In this document: piece after piece, positions 24,773-38,479 of the stretch | Layout of the letters: the number at the start of each line of letters is the position of its first letter | Numbering within the stretch: position 1 is the stretch's first letter | NCBI GenBank assembly: GCA_013239625.1 | Contig: MU054122.1 | Location: forward strand, 62,001-126,000 | Source of the DNA: Lama guanicoe | Taxonomy: Eukaryota | DNA length: 64,000 bases | Direction: 5' to 3' | The notes under the pieces: generated by a model | Database searches by the model: none | Seen by the model: only the letters and a program-made list of their open reading frames with translations | Told to the model about the DNA's origin: nothing | Translations under genes and position numbers: made by a program

Positions 24773-24960
24773 CTCGATGTAACTCAGAGAACAGCCGCTC
24801 TGGCTTTCCAGCTCCACGTGGGTGAAGTTGACCTGTATTTTTTCTCCCGGGGGCTGCTTTATGGTGTAGATGCACTGTCTGTTGTGCATGAAAGATCCAG
24901 ACAAGTCAGCAGAGAGGAGACCCTCTGGGTCTGTGTAGTTCCCTCCACAATGCAGATCCG
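24773..24960 (-). CDS. CUBN: Cubilin exon 17 (CUB3, first part)
   Basis: 188 nt, (S)[62 protein letters not shown]; cag| and GAG|GTAACT. Confidence 0.96.
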
Positions 24961-26052
24961 CTGCAGAAAGCACAGACGAGAAGGGACAGGTCACAGGGAT
25001 GGCCATTCCTCCCGCTCCCCGGCATGAGATATAATTGGCTAAAATTACACACACACATCGTCATCATTTATCCACTCTGTTCACCGTATACAGGTTTACG
25101 CCTTTAACAAGACCTTCAGTCTGACACGTGCTTGTGGGACAGCCACACAGTGCCTCAGCAAATAGCTGTAGAAACGTGTGACCTAACCTCCAATCTAACA
25201 CCCTCATCTACAAGTTACTTTTTAAATGCATTTATGCCCACCTTCATTCCAAAGAGAACTGAGGCAGTTCATGAACTATATGTAATAAATATGTAGCTAG
25301 AAAATGAAATATGAAAATAAAAATAGGAAATATGTAGCTAGAAAAATGAATCAGATTAAAGGGATAACGAGTAGAGAAGAGCAAGATGCAGAGACGGGAA
25401 AGTTACATGCACAGAAAACAGAGACGGATACACACATGACAGAAAGTCGCTGCGGCTCCAGCCTGAAGCCAAAGTAAATGGAGAAAGAGGACTGGTGAAA
25501 AGACTGTTTACTGCTCTTTTTCCTGGTACTGGGACTTAAAAGGAGTTTTTCCTGTGAATTCTCCTCGGGGCATGCTGATGTATATTAAGAACAAAATCCT
25601 CGACAGCTCTAAAATAAAAATCATAAAGCGTTTCATTGTTTTTTTTGTTGGTTTGTTGATTTCTTTTAAGGTATAAATGTAACTGAAAGGCATCGCAGCT
25701 ATAAAATCTGACATGTCTCAAGGTAGACTGCATTTCCCTCCTGAACAACATCTCTCACAACAAAACACTGAATAACAGCCAAGGAACTGATGTCTGAATT
25801 ATTTAATTTCAGGGGCCACAAACACATATCTATCATAATGTGGACCCCATAATTTGGGGACCATGGGATACTACAGCATTAATAGTAGAACACCGGGAAA
25901 GTAAAGAAAAAACTTGGAGCAATGAGAGAAATGTTTATAAAGACATGTTATCAGTGTAAGTCAGTCACCTGCAGCCTTAAAATATAAAGCAGCTCTCAGG
26001 GTAGCACTCTCCTGTACCTTCATATTAAGCTCCCAATTATCAAGTTACTTAC

Positions 26053-26215
26053 AAGGTGATGTTAAGTAGGTGATATGAAACCCTTGGTCATTAATCTGGC
26101 TGTCAGAATGGAAATGAACTCTGGCAAAGGGACCTGTAGTCTGGAGAGGTGGGGCAGAGAGAGTGGTGCAGAACTTCCCAAGCAAGGGGTCCTGATGCAA
26201 AGGGCCATCTCGAAT
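26053..26215 (-). CDS. CUBN: Cubilin exon 16 (CUB2, second part)
   Basis: 163 nt, [54 protein letters not shown]; tag| and |GTAAGT. Confidence 0.97.
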
Positions 26216-28005
26216 CTAAAACAAGAGAAAAAATCATTAAGCACAAAGTGGTTAGATTTTTTACAAACCCAGTCATTTTGTACATTAACTTCAGAAAACC
26301 CATCTTTAAAAGTGATGGCTCTGGGAGGGTCTCCTGTCACCTGTGCATCTAACACGTGGTTGGGGTTCTGGGAAGGGTAATCTCCCATCATCCTGGATGC
26401 CTTATGTTCTGAATTTTAATTCGGAGGCTAGATGTAAACTTGGAATTTTTCTTACAAATATTTCTCCACATTTTCTTTCCTAGGTTCTCCCTGCCCCAGA
26501 TATTTGTTTTGAAATGATAAATTCCTAGTGATCTAGGAAAAGAAATGAATATACACAAAAAACCAGAAGAAGGAACACAAACAATGTTCATTGAAGCACA
26601 GCTTGGTCTAAGCACTCAGGGGGATCAGAGGTGGAAAAGGAAATGAAGTCAGATTAGATGCAACATAAAGACAGTTTTGTGAATTTCAAAAGTACAACTT
26701 TCATAGTAATTAAGTACCACAATAAGGATCATGTGACCTTAGAAATCCTTTTTAATTGTTGGGTTTTAATCTCTTACAGAATAGTGTCAACCACTCTATT
26801 TCCGTTGTAACTGCAAATTCTGTCCTACAGAGAACATCCAAGCATCAATGATCTAAATAACACTTTAATATGGCCAATTTTGTTCACTCAAATTACTTTT
26901 TTATTGGCAGCAAAGTTATAAGGCAGCATTAGTTTATTCCTGTAATTTAGCTAGATCCTTGAAATACTGTTGAGAAATGAGAGGCATTTCAATGTTATCA
27001 GAATGATTGGTTCTACTACATGTGTATCCAGGAGTTATTATGCACGAATGAAAACTAAATGCCTCTAAATTTAATTTAAATTAATTTCAAGAAAATTTAC
27101 TTTAATGTCAACATTTAAAGGATTATCTTTCTGATATTTTCCAGGGAGAGGTCCATCTTCCAGTCATTCCCAAAGGTTCCAAATCCATTTCACCTGCTAA
27201 ATTACTAATGACTTTAACTTGTGGAGATTCCTGTTTGACAGTCATACTCCTTCCATCCTTTATGAATAATTCCCTGAGGCTCCATTCTTCTCTAATGGAC
27301 TTGGAAAAGCTTATTATCTTTTTTCACTACTACAAGGGGTACTAAGATTTATGGTGATAAACAAGACAGGAACAACATAAGAACTCAATCTTCTCAACGA
27401 TCGTTTCATTCTACAAATGGAGAGCAACGTTTTTAATAGAACTACACGCTAATGGCATTTGAATATAACAGCTTTTTTCCCTCTTCCATAGTTTAATTTT
27501 TCATTAGTGATAAACAGGAGGGGCAGAGGGGGACTCCTCGCCTCTCAGTGACAATTAGTGATATATTCCAGTGAGGCACACACTTCAGCAATCCATTTCA
27601 ACACAGCTGCTGTTATTTTTCTTCGTGGAACACTGTAGTCAACTTGTGAAACACCTTGTCTGTTTACAACAGACAACTGAAGATTTGAATCTGCACTGGA
27701 GAAGAAAGCCATTCCTGGGTGTTGATTTCATGTATTCTGCTATTCCCATGTTAGGGGACGGGGCTTCTGAGAAATGACAGGGGAAAACAAGGTAGTCTGT
27801 TTCCCAGATTCAAGCAGAACCCAGAAGCAGCAACAAGCTGATACAATTAAGAAAAGGGAGTTAGCAGGACTAAGGCATCAGCTGCCTATTGAGGAATACA
27901 TCCAACCATTGCTAATAAATTGTGGTCATCCAAGGCGATCGCCAATCATGGTTCCCTGAGTTCTAATCCTATCATAGTAAATTCTATATAAATCCAATCC
28001 TTTAC

Positions 28006-28187
28006 CTCAAGATAATCTTTGCTGCAATCATCATGGTGCTCCAGGCTTAAGGTCCCAAAGGTAAATGTTATCAGGAGATCAGGACTGGTTATCACTCTCC
28101 ACACACAATCTCTCCCTGGGGGATACTTTCCAGGATATCCCGGAGACTTAATAGAGCCATAAGTACTAGTCAGTGTACCTCCACACT
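28006..28187 (-). CDS. CUBN: Cubilin exon 15 (CUB2, first part)
   Basis: 182 nt, (E)[60 protein letters not shown]; cag| and GAG|GTAAAG. Confidence 0.97.
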
Positions 28188-28532
28188 CTGAAATAAAAAG
28201 GAAAAGGTAACTTTACATTTGTATACAGTTATAATTTCTGTAGAATTATCATAGCCTTTACTATAAGAAGAAAAGCTTTGTTTAAATAACTATGTGCAGC
28301 GTTAGACACCCTCATAAATTAAGCAAGACTTTCCATTTTTGGTTTCGATAAAGTTATAAATCCAGGAGTGCCAACTGATAAATAAATGAATCACCCATGC
28401 ATTGAGTTCTGTGTTTATCAGCCATCTTTTGGTGGCATGATTTAACATTCAGTGCTGGACTGTTTGAGGGACCAATAATGGGGTGACAGATCTATTTTTT
28501 CACTTTGAAGGAGGTTCATTTTCCTACATCTC

Positions 28533-28770
28533 TTTTTTAATTGAGGTATAGTTGTTTTACAATGCTGTATTAATTTCAGGTGAACAGCACAGTGATTTGG
28601 TTACATACTTTCAGACCTTTTCCAGACTCTTTTCCATTATAGGTCATTACAAGATATTGAATATAGTTCCCTGTGCTATGCAGTAAATCCTGGATGTTTA
28701 CCTATTTTATATATAGTAGTGTGTATCTGTTAATTCCAAACTCCTAATTTATCCCTCCCCTCTCCCTTTG
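28533..28770 (-). mobile_element. Short lineage-specific L1 3' end (same family as 7362-7655)
   Basis: ttttttaattgaggtatagttg...cattataggtcattacaagatattgaatatagttccctgtgcta; clear similarity to the 7362 copy. Confidence 0.8.
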
Positions 28771-29439
28771 TACATTAACTCTTACAAACACATTAATTCT
28801 TACAAATCCTTTCAAAAAACCAGATCATTTTATACATTAGAATAGTTAAGTGTCACATAATTTTCATTTGAGAAGGTTTCTTAACACTGTGATATACTTA
28901 AACCATTCATTTTATAAACAAACAAATTTGAATGTCTACAGGTGGTTGAGCCATTTTCCCAGGAGTGGAGTGAGGGGAGGATGGGCTGGGCTTTCTCTCA
29001 CTCCACTACCACCACCACTGCATCCCACCAGCCCCTAAAGCTGCCTGTCAGCAACTAGAAGAGTCTTTTCTTTATTAATACCCACTTTTACCTAGCAAAG
29101 AATCGGTGGTGGCTTATAAGAAATGCTACTTAAAATAGAAAAAACAGAAAACAAATCTAGACTACAGTAAATATAAATTAGAAAAAAATATAAGAGAAAG
29201 TGATATTTCAGATATGCAAGCTTTGAAATTTACATAGCCATGCAGGTTATTCAGACAAAACATTTTCCTACCAAGGCAAAAAGTGAAGCTAATTTAGTTA
29301 CATGATTCTCGCTGTTCCTGACAAGAAAACATCTCAGTTACTCAGAGGAAGAGACGTTTTTTGAAACTTAGTACTTGAAAAATTGATCACATGGGTCAAA
29401 AAATTAAAGTGCTATAAGTTAATGGGAAACTGGGGAAAC

Positions 29440-32400
29440 TGCTGTCGATAATACAAAAAGTCACTCTCTCTAAAATATGAAGAGCTTCTAAAAAGAACAG
29501 AGATGTAAACAAAGAGTTCACTGAAAAAAAATTCAAAACTCCTTTATACATGGAAAAGATGTTCAACCTCACTCATAATATAGGAGATGCCAATGAAAAA
29601 TTCACAGACATGCCATTTCTTGTCTCTCAGAATGATAAAAAGCCACAATTTTGAAAATATATGATCAGTGAGGCTCTGGAGAAATAGGTACTCACATACA
29701 TTGCTGCAGAGCATGCAGAACAGTACAACTACAGAAGAGACGATGGTGACTGTACTTAGCAAACACTTCGGCATTTATTTTTGGACCAAGCAGTCCCAGT
29801 TTCAGAAATCTATCCCAAAGATGCACTGGCAAAAATTTGATAAGACAATTCACGAGGCACTTGTTGCAATATCACTTGGAATTCCAGAAGACTGGAAACA
29901 AGTCAAATACCCATCAGTAGAGCCTGAGTTGAACAGATGGTAGATGACAGGTCTACACAGTGGCACACTACGCTCCAGTTACTGAGTGATCTTCAGGATT
30001 TCGGAAGGAGCAGAATTAAGCATTCATCCTACCTTCCCTGCATGACCTCTATGTGAGAGTGACCAAATAGTTGACAGGAAAGTTCCACTCCATTGAAGAA
30101 CTCCAGACAATAAATAAAGAAGAAATGATAAACTGTCATCATTTTATAAGCCCTAATGAACAACTAATCTAAACAATGAGCCCGAGGGTTGCTAAGACCA
30201 TAGAGGAAGAGCAAAAAAGAGGCTTTTTAATAGGAAGAGCAACCCAAGGAGATCAAACACTCTAATCAATGTGACAGTCATAACAGAGAGACAAGCAGAC
30301 ATGAAGTACCTTCTGACAGTGAAGGGAAAAAAAAAAAAAAAGCCTGAATGTGATTAAACCTCCTGATCTAACTACCCCATTTACAACATGATAAATGGCA
30401 CATGGGATAGAAACAAGAAAATCCACAATGTGAGATAATCTACAAGACAAACAACCCAGCTGCTTTAACAAATAAATTTAAATGATGATTAATATTTTAA
30501 TGCTAATATTTAACATTAATAATTCTTGTTTGCTCGCTTTAGTTTTTATTGTTTTCAGTCATTGAGCAGCAAATAGCAAAGGACTGTGATCCTTGAAAGA
30601 AGGGAAGCACATGTGTTAAGTCCCCCATTCACCCCAGAACTCTCCCTAGGCGCATTTCCCGCAGTGCAGTGCAGGGCAGTGGGGCCCACACAGCGGCAAG
30701 ACTCTTGCTGGGTGAAAGAAACAACTCAGAATTGGGTGCTACTAAAGTGGCTGGGATCTTGGAGCAGGGTATTGCAGAGAAGGCAGCTGCATGAAAATAG
30801 CACCAAAAAATTTACAGGAGTTTCCTTGGGTCCTTAGCTGAATCTTAGGCTGCATGTGCACAGGGGAAGACTGAAGATTAATAGAAAATATAAGAACTAT
30901 GAGACAAAGCCAAAACCTCTGTGTATGATCTGAGTCCCAGAAGGAGAGAGGAAAAGTGACAGAAGCAGAGGAGAAAACCATGTGATCATCTCAACAGATT
31001 TAGAAAAACATTTAATATGTTTCAACATCCATCCATAATAAAAATTCTCAGCAAGCTAGTAATAAAAGGTGTGATGGTGTAAAAATGTTCATAAATTTTT
31101 TGACACTTCTCCCATTGAAAGGTGGGGGTCTGTGTCATCTCCTCTTGAATCTGAGTGGGCTTGTGACTGCTTCAACCAATTAAAAGTAGAGCAGAAATAA
31201 CACGTTATGACCTTCCAAGGACAGGCCAATAAAAGCCAGGCAGTACCTGCCTGGTTGTGTTGTAATACTTGCTCTGAGAGAAGTCAATTACCATGAAAGA
31301 AGTTCCACTGCTCTAAGAGCACCATCCGAGAGGGGCTACATGTAGACACTCAAGTCAATAGCCTGATTGAATTCTCATCCAAAGGTCAGCATCAATTGTT
31401 AGCTATATGAGTGAGTCATCTTGGATTTCCAGCCTAGTTGAGTTTTTAAATGACTACAGCCCCAGCCAAGATCTGATTTTAACTGCTTAAGAGGTCAAGT
31501 GATAATTGTCATGCTGGGCCCTTTCCAAATTCCTATCCCACAAAAACGGAAACATAATAAAGTAACTAATGTTCTACAACACTAAATTCGCAGGTAATTT
31601 GTTATGCAGCAATAGAAATTCAAAGTGAACTTCCTTAATCTGATAAAAGTTATCTACAAAAACTTACAGTTAAACTTTATATTAAAAGGTGAGACATTGA
31701 ATATTTCCCTATGAAGCTGGAAACAAGACAATGATACCCACTCCATTACTTTAATCCAACATTGTATTAAATAAGTCAAGGAAGAGAAATAATAGTTACA
31801 AAGATTGGAAAGGAAGTAGAAAAACATAACATATTGACAGATAACATAACTGTGTATATAGAGAAATCCAAAGAATCTATCAAAAAAATGACTATAATTT
31901 ATGAGTGAACTTAGCAGTATGGCTGGATTCAAAACCAAATATTTAAAAATATTTATACATAGAATATATCTATATACTAACAACAAATGAAAAACACAAT
32001 TTTAGAAAAATAATATCATTTAACGTAGCATAAAGTATCAAATATCTAGGGGGAGAAAAACTAATAAAAAGTGTGGAATACTTAAGCACTGAAATCTATA
32101 AACCATCACTAAATTAGAACTAAGTAAATATACAGATAGTCCATGTTCATGGATTGGCAGGGTCAATATTTTTAAGAATTCATTTCATCCCAAATTGATT
32201 ACATACTCAATGCAATGCCAACAAAATCCCAGTAGATTGTTGGGGAAAATTAACAAGTCCATTCCAAAATTTGTGAAAATGTAAAAAGATCTAGCATATT
32301 TCAAAAGAGCAAAAAGGTTTTACACCACGAGATTTCAAGCTCCAGTAGATAAATCAGTGTGGCACAAGGATAGATAAATAAACCAACAGAAAAGACAAGA

Positions 32401-32460
32401 AATTCCAGAAATAAATCCACAGATTTATTGATGAATAAACTGGAGTTTTGGTATGCTGTT
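29440..32460 (+). mobile_element. Cluster of old L1M fragments
   Basis: Motifs gaaaagatgttcaacctcactcataat, ttcaacatccatccataataaaa, tccatgttcatggattggcag and ccagaaataaatccac. Confidence 0.65.
31070..31625 (+). mobile_element. MLT1-type MaLR LTR inserted into an L1 fragment
   Basis: tgtgatggt...cttgaatctgagtgggcttgtgactgctt...gtaatttgttatgcagcaatag. L1 sequence resumes with gaacttccttaatctgataaa. Confidence 0.75.
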
Positions 32461-32878
32461 CTAATTTTTTGTATGTTTAAACAATTCATAGTAAAAAAGT
32501 TAAAAAAAAAAAAAAGACAGCACCAAAACCAAAATACCACAGAAAGAACAAGTCGTCAAATGACATGAAGATAAAAAACCCCAAATGAAGGAGCAGGCAA
32601 TGTCCTCACAGCATCCCTGCAATATTTCACTAGCAGAAATTTCGTAAGAGATGCTTTAAGACTCATTTTTTTAAACTTTTCCATTTCATCTAGGTTTTAT
32701 TATCTCTGAACACAAAATGAAAGTCTAATCCATCTTAGATTTATTTAATTTAAAAAAATCATCAAAATAATATATCACTCCATCCCAAAACAGCTCATGT
32801 ATCCAGAAGTCTAATACCGATCAAGAAAATGTAATAACCTCAAGAGGCTGCTTTATTTCTCTCCATGGTGACACTTAC

Positions 32879-33113
32879 CTGGTGACTGTGTTTCCCATCT
32901 TATTGTAAAGCCCCTCTCATTTCTTAAATGTTCAGAATAGAAATGGAAATAGAGGGCATTGTCACTACTGAGGAGTTCGTCAGGGGGGCTGGAGCCACAG
33001 AACCGTCCAAGTTGAAATGCTGCGGAGGAATCGCCATCGTGAATCTGAACAAACTCATGTGGACAATTGTTCGCTGATTCTAACTGGAAAAACGTGAAAG
33101 TGATACGCAGCAC
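32879..33113 (-). CDS. CUBN: Cubilin exon 14 (CUB1, second part)
   Basis: 235 nt, [78 protein letters not shown]; tag| and CAG|GTAAGT. Confidence 0.97.
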
Positions 33114-33324
33114 CTAAAAACAGAAAGGTCATAAGACATTCGTTTTTATTTCTATGTTAATTCTAAAGTATTTCTCCTACTAACTAGGAAGCATTTATTA
33201 CTGAATTGCTTTCAAGAGATACATCATTTCTTAATTATCCACAAGCACATATGATAATTCTACATATTAAATGACTCGTGTTAAAAAATTGCTTATATCA
33301 AACATCTTAATGTTGATGAAACAG

Positions 33325-33655
33325 ATTTTTAACAGCTTTACTTAGGTATCATTGGTATGCAAAGAACTGCACATATTTAATGTTTGGAGTTTGGCCAGAC
33401 ATAAACACTTGTGATACCATCACTGCAGTCAATGAACAGACATGTCCAACACCTTCTAGGGGCTCCTTGTCTCCCTCTCTCCTGTCCCTCTCCCTCTCTC
33501 TTCTCTTTCTCTTTTTTATGGTAAGAACACAACATGAGATCTACCCTCTTAAATTTTGAAGTGCAAAATGCTGTATTGTTAACTATAGGCCTTCTCTGCT
33601 GTACAGATCTCTAGAAACTACTCACCTAGCGTAGCTGAAATTTTGTACTCGTTGA
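33325..33655 (-). mobile_element. L1MA/MB-type 3' end
   Basis: ttttaacagctttacttaggtat...tgagatctaccctctt...ttgttaactataggc...agatctctagaa. Confidence 0.65.
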
Positions 33656-34109
33656 GTTGTTTCTCATTGGGTTAATGAAATGGATTTATCTAGATTTCAT
33701 GAAACTGGCAAGTTCATTAAACAAAGACACTCCAAATGTATTTCCAACAACACTTCCAAATCAGTAAAATACAGTGGACATTTGAAAAACTGACCTTGAA
33801 TTAAATTTAATGACAAATAACCTGTAGTGTGTAGCATACACACAGTTCATCATCGACCCCCCCGAGATGCTGATTCCTTAGTGGGGGGGGTCTCTGAACC
33901 TCTCAGTTAATGCTCAGCCTGGATAGACAACCTCAAGTGTAGACAGTAGGCATGGTGTAGGCATGTGTAAAGGATGCTGGTCTTTGGTGGAGATGAGTAA
34001 TACCGAGAGCAGACATTAGGGGAAAGGTAATATGAAGATTTCTGAATATGCAAGTAGGTGAGAATAATCATAAATATGTGTCCCCAGGTTAAAATGTTAG
34101 AAAGTGCAT

Positions 34110-34400
34110 AGTTAAATATATAATTAATTCAATATAAATAATAAAATAATTAAGTATATAATTAGTTTTTATTGTAATAATAATTATTAAGGGATGTGTT
34201 GATATCGATATTAATATATTAATTATATAATATATAATTAAACATAAATGATAAAATAATTAAACATATAATTATCAATTATAATAATTTATAGTTATTA
34301 TAGACATAATTATATCATTAACTATATGCATAATTATGTAGTTGCTTGTATACATAATTATATAATTAATTATAACATAATTAATGAAACATAAAAAATT
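34110..34400. repeat. AT-rich low-complexity tract
   Basis: Nearly pure A/T with recurring tataattat/atataatta units. Confidence 0.9.
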
Positions 34401-35837
34401 CAGTACTAACAACTTCATTTAAAATAGCCAAGCTACCAAAAGGGGGCTATTGAATTTAATTTCCATGATGATCTAAAACCACAACAATATTCATCTCATG
34501 AAAGAGGATATCAGGAGATTTTGAAGCTCTTTGCTAGGGCGTTCTTAAGATCTGTTACCCAACATTACATCATTTTCGCCTTGAAGCAATTTCAATAAAA
34601 ATCAAATAACTGTTCATGAATTCAACTATTTCAGTATAATTTCCACTGCATTTTGTAAACTGTGAGGGGGATAAGAAGATATAAAATCACAATAATCGAG
34701 AAAAACTGCATGAAGTTTTTTACAAATTGATAATAAGAGACTTAAAATTTTTTCACAAAATGACTTGTCATTTTTCTTTTTAAAGAAAAGTGTTTTCAAT
34801 GTCAGGAAATAGAATTCATGCAAACTAAATGGACGGAAGGAAATTCACATTACATAGCCACCAGAAGATTGACTTTATTCTATTGTGGGGTCACCAGGCC
34901 TCAAAGAATCCTCACTCCTCAAGGGAAAAAATATTTCTGACCTTGCACAATGACCTTTGCAACATTAGCTTGCTGGGAAAAGTTAACAGGATTTCAAGGG
35001 AAAGCCTTAGCTATTTAGATACACAACTTTAATGAGTTCGGGAGTTGGTTGAGAAAGAAATATGTGGAAGAGTCTGAGTAATTCATGGTGGGGATGAAAG
35101 CGCTGAAAACCTCGGGCCCAGATCTTAATTTGCAGAGTGTTTGTGTAGCAGCTCATTCATTCACTGGGGTTGAAGGGCCTGGGTTCATGTCCCTGCATGT
35201 CACTGACAAACCACGTGCCCCTGGACCAAGTTCTCAGCTGCTCTTCCTTGTATGTAAAATGGGGATAATAATTCTTATTTTTCGGGGTGATGAGAGTTAA
35301 AATACAATGATGTCATATACGTGAAGAAACGATCATCGCACACGGGCCCAAGCACTGGCACAGAGAAGACGTCATTAAGAAAACCATCTTAATAGCAGCC
35401 CCATTTTTGCATAAGAATCCACATAACCCTGAGTGATCGCTGCTGTCTCAGTGACAGCATTACAGGCTTGCAGTCAGCCCATCCATGTAGAGAAGCGTCC
35501 GTACTGGGCCAAGCATGGACTCTGAAAGACAAATGTGACTTTGAAATCCAACTAGTCCAATTACCAGCTAAAGAGTTTTTTTTATCACTTAGCTTCTCAT
35601 AGTTTCCATTATTTCTTCTGTAAAATGAGGATACTATAGTACTTAACTCAAAGAGTTAGTGTTTAAGGTTTAGAGAAAGGGATGTAAAGTACTTAACCCA
35701 AAGCCTGACACCTGGAAATTCATCAGTAATGACAGCTGGACTATCACTGTATGTATTTTATGTGACACACACATGACATACTACACATTCGTGTATCTAG
35801 ATGAAATGTACATTTGGACAGGAGATACTATATTTAC

Positions 35838-35950
35838 CTTTCCCTCTTCAGTTCGGATGACCCAGAAGCAGTTGACGTCATGAACGTAACCAACATCAGG
35901 GCTCATGTAGCTGAAGCTTCCTTCCATCCCTGAGAGGGACCCTCCACAAA
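35838..35950 (-). CDS. CUBN: Cubilin exon 13 (CUB1, first part)
   Basis: 113 nt, (V)[37 protein letters not shown]; cag| and AAG|GTAAAT. Confidence 0.96.
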
Positions 35951-37087
35951 CTGCAAAGAAAAGGAGACGAACTCTGCTTTTCAGACTCTGAAAAGAAAGA
36001 GGCTAAGGCCACTCTCACCCTGCTGCTGAAACATTCAGAGAAGTCTGGGTAATGAACGTTGGAGACAAAAGCCCTGCCGTTCTTTCTTCCCATCTGACTC
36101 CTTTTTCCTTCAAGCATCCACCCAAATCTCACCTCGTGTTCCAAGTCTAGTTGATATCCCATCCCCCGCCCCGAATTTCCTCGGCCTCTTGGTGTTGCCT
36201 CTACCTCTGCCCACACAATTCAGTTCTTTTCTTTAGTTCTTGTCTCTTCTCGGCCGTTTTGTATTAGTCTTGTCTCCTCAACAGGAAGATAAGCAGGTAA
36301 TACATGGAGACAATATTTCCTGCTTCCTTATCTCTCCACAGGGTCTACCATTGTCCTAAACACACAGTAACATCTCCAGAAATGTGCGTTATCTGATAAG
36401 GCGTGAAATCGTCACAAGAGGTTTTCAGGAAGGCGGTTGAAAATGAAGTACTCTTGAGGGGCAGATACATTTGGATGGGAAGCAAAGAAGGAATTTGGAT
36501 AAGTTTGGCAGGAGATACTTCCAGAATAAAGGAACACAGAATAAAGCAGAAATACTCGTTGGGGCACATGGGGTCGGGTGATAAGGAAAGCTGTTTGGCT
36601 TGAAAGGAAGTATTTTTAGGGAACCAGTGAAAAATCAGGTTAGATGGACAGGGTGAAGCTGGTTATAAGGGATGACTGAAAACACCCCCAATCTTTATTC
36701 AACAGGCAACAGGGAGCCACTGTACATTCTAGAGCCAGAGAGTGACTTGATTATGTGTAATATTCCAGGGAAATGAAATGGCTGCTGTAGGGAAAACTCT
36801 CCCTTAGAAAAAACTAAACCACTTCTGCATATTTTGTTTTCAAAATGGACATAATGAAAATGGCAAAGGCGAATTTAATTTTTCCTTTGAGGAAAAGGTT
36901 CTTATGGCTTAAATTGAAATATTTACCTTGTGAATTTCATACCATTTCTGCAAAGAAAGGCTTAGTTCTAAACCTTGGAGCAACTGGACAAGAAAGCAGG
37001 TTCAGCAGAGGAATTGGCAGCAGGACTCACTCAGGGACAATACTTCTAAGCTGTGAGCATCTCTGGTACAGGAGATGCTGAGCGTAC

Positions 37088-37274
37088 CTTGCTGGGGAAC
37101 GTGACAGAGAGATCCGGTCCAGAAAGGTGTGCATTCACAGCTGAAAGCATTAATGCTGTCGACACAGGTTCCCCCATTCAAACAAGGGTTGCTCAGACAC
37201 TCGTCAATGTTTTCTGTGCAGTTGACACCAGTCCAACCTGATTCGCACTTACAAAGATAACCGGAGACTGTTTC
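37088..37274 (-). CDS. CUBN: Cubilin exon 12 (last EGF-like repeats)
   Basis: 187 nt, [62 protein letters not shown]; tag| and AAG|GTACGC. Confidence 0.96.
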
Positions 37275-37712
37275 CTAAGGAAAGAAGAAACGTCATGTCA
37301 CACAACAAAGGGACAGACGATCAACTTGAATCAACCCAAGTAATAAAGCAAAGCAGTGCTATGTATAATATGCGGAAGCTGTTGAACCATAAACATCTTC
37401 CAATAGCCTAACTCAGATTAATTTGTTTAAATGGTAAACGCAAAGTATAAGAAATCAGCTTTATTTGGATCCCACTGTAGGTTTTGTTTTACCGCTTTGT
37501 AAATGACTGAGACAAAGCAATGAACTGACTCACTGATTCTTCCTGGGAACTAGAGTTGTGGCCTACCTTTTATCTGAAAGTTATTGACATTCCTTATCTT
37601 CAGGTTGAATCATTACCTTAAAATTCATAAATCATAGAAAACATTTTTCACAGAAGTGAAACTAGAATGATTCTCCAGTACTCAGTTTCCTTGGGAGGAA
37701 CGAAGGACTCAC

Positions 37713-37831
37713 AATGCATTGTCCATTTAAACAGGGGTGACCCAGGCAAGTATTACTGAGTTGCACACATCCATTCAGCCCATAACCGTTTCCAGTGTAA
37801 CCCGGGAGACAAGCGCAGAGAGGGAAGGAAC
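37713..37831 (-). CDS. CUBN: Cubilin exon 11 (EGF-like)
   Basis: 119 nt, [39 protein letters not shown]; cag| and |GTGAGT. Confidence 0.96.
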
Positions 37832-38479
37832 CTGTTTCGAGATAAAAACGGAAGTGTAAGTACAGGTCTCCTCCATTTAGACCCCGTAGCAAACCTCAGG
37901 CTCTGCATTCTACACCAGGAATCACCGAAGTCTATCAATCTCCCAGGGCAGACAAGATGAGGTGTGGGAAGGAAATCTTAGAACCTTTATTTTTCTAGTT
38001 TTCAATCTTGAAAGTAAAAAAGACATGACACACTTTCACTACGCTGTTTACAGAGTGATGCTGGCGCTGTCAGTCCATAGGTCACGGTTCTGAGTTGTGC
38101 ATAGATGTGAAATACACCAAGGGAAAGGGGAGCGTCTTTTCACAGAGGGGTTGACAGCAGCAAAGACTATTCTTATGAGGATGGTATCTGCTGTATGTGC
38201 CCTGTACACATACTGACTAACTTAATCTTCTATTGTAAACTCCATTTACAGATGAAGACAATGCACAGAGAAATTAAGAGCCTCGATCATGGACACACAG
38301 CTAGAATATGGTGGAGCCAAGGGAAAAATTAAAATCCAGTCTTTTTCTAGAATTCATGCTCCTAACCATTTCCATGTGCCATTAATCATTTAATAAATAT
38401 TGAAATGTCATACATATTTATATACACACACATATATATATGCACATATATATGGCAAGTTGGTAAAAATAAAAGGGGT

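Noticed and set aside
25287..25351. AATATGTAGCTAGAAAA repeated twice
   Set aside because: A small local duplication in AT-rich intron with no further periodicity.
33855..33892. GACCCCCCC...GGGGGGGGTC hairpin
   Set aside because: A short homopolymer stem in what looks like a decayed MER5-type fragment; too small for a pre-miRNA.
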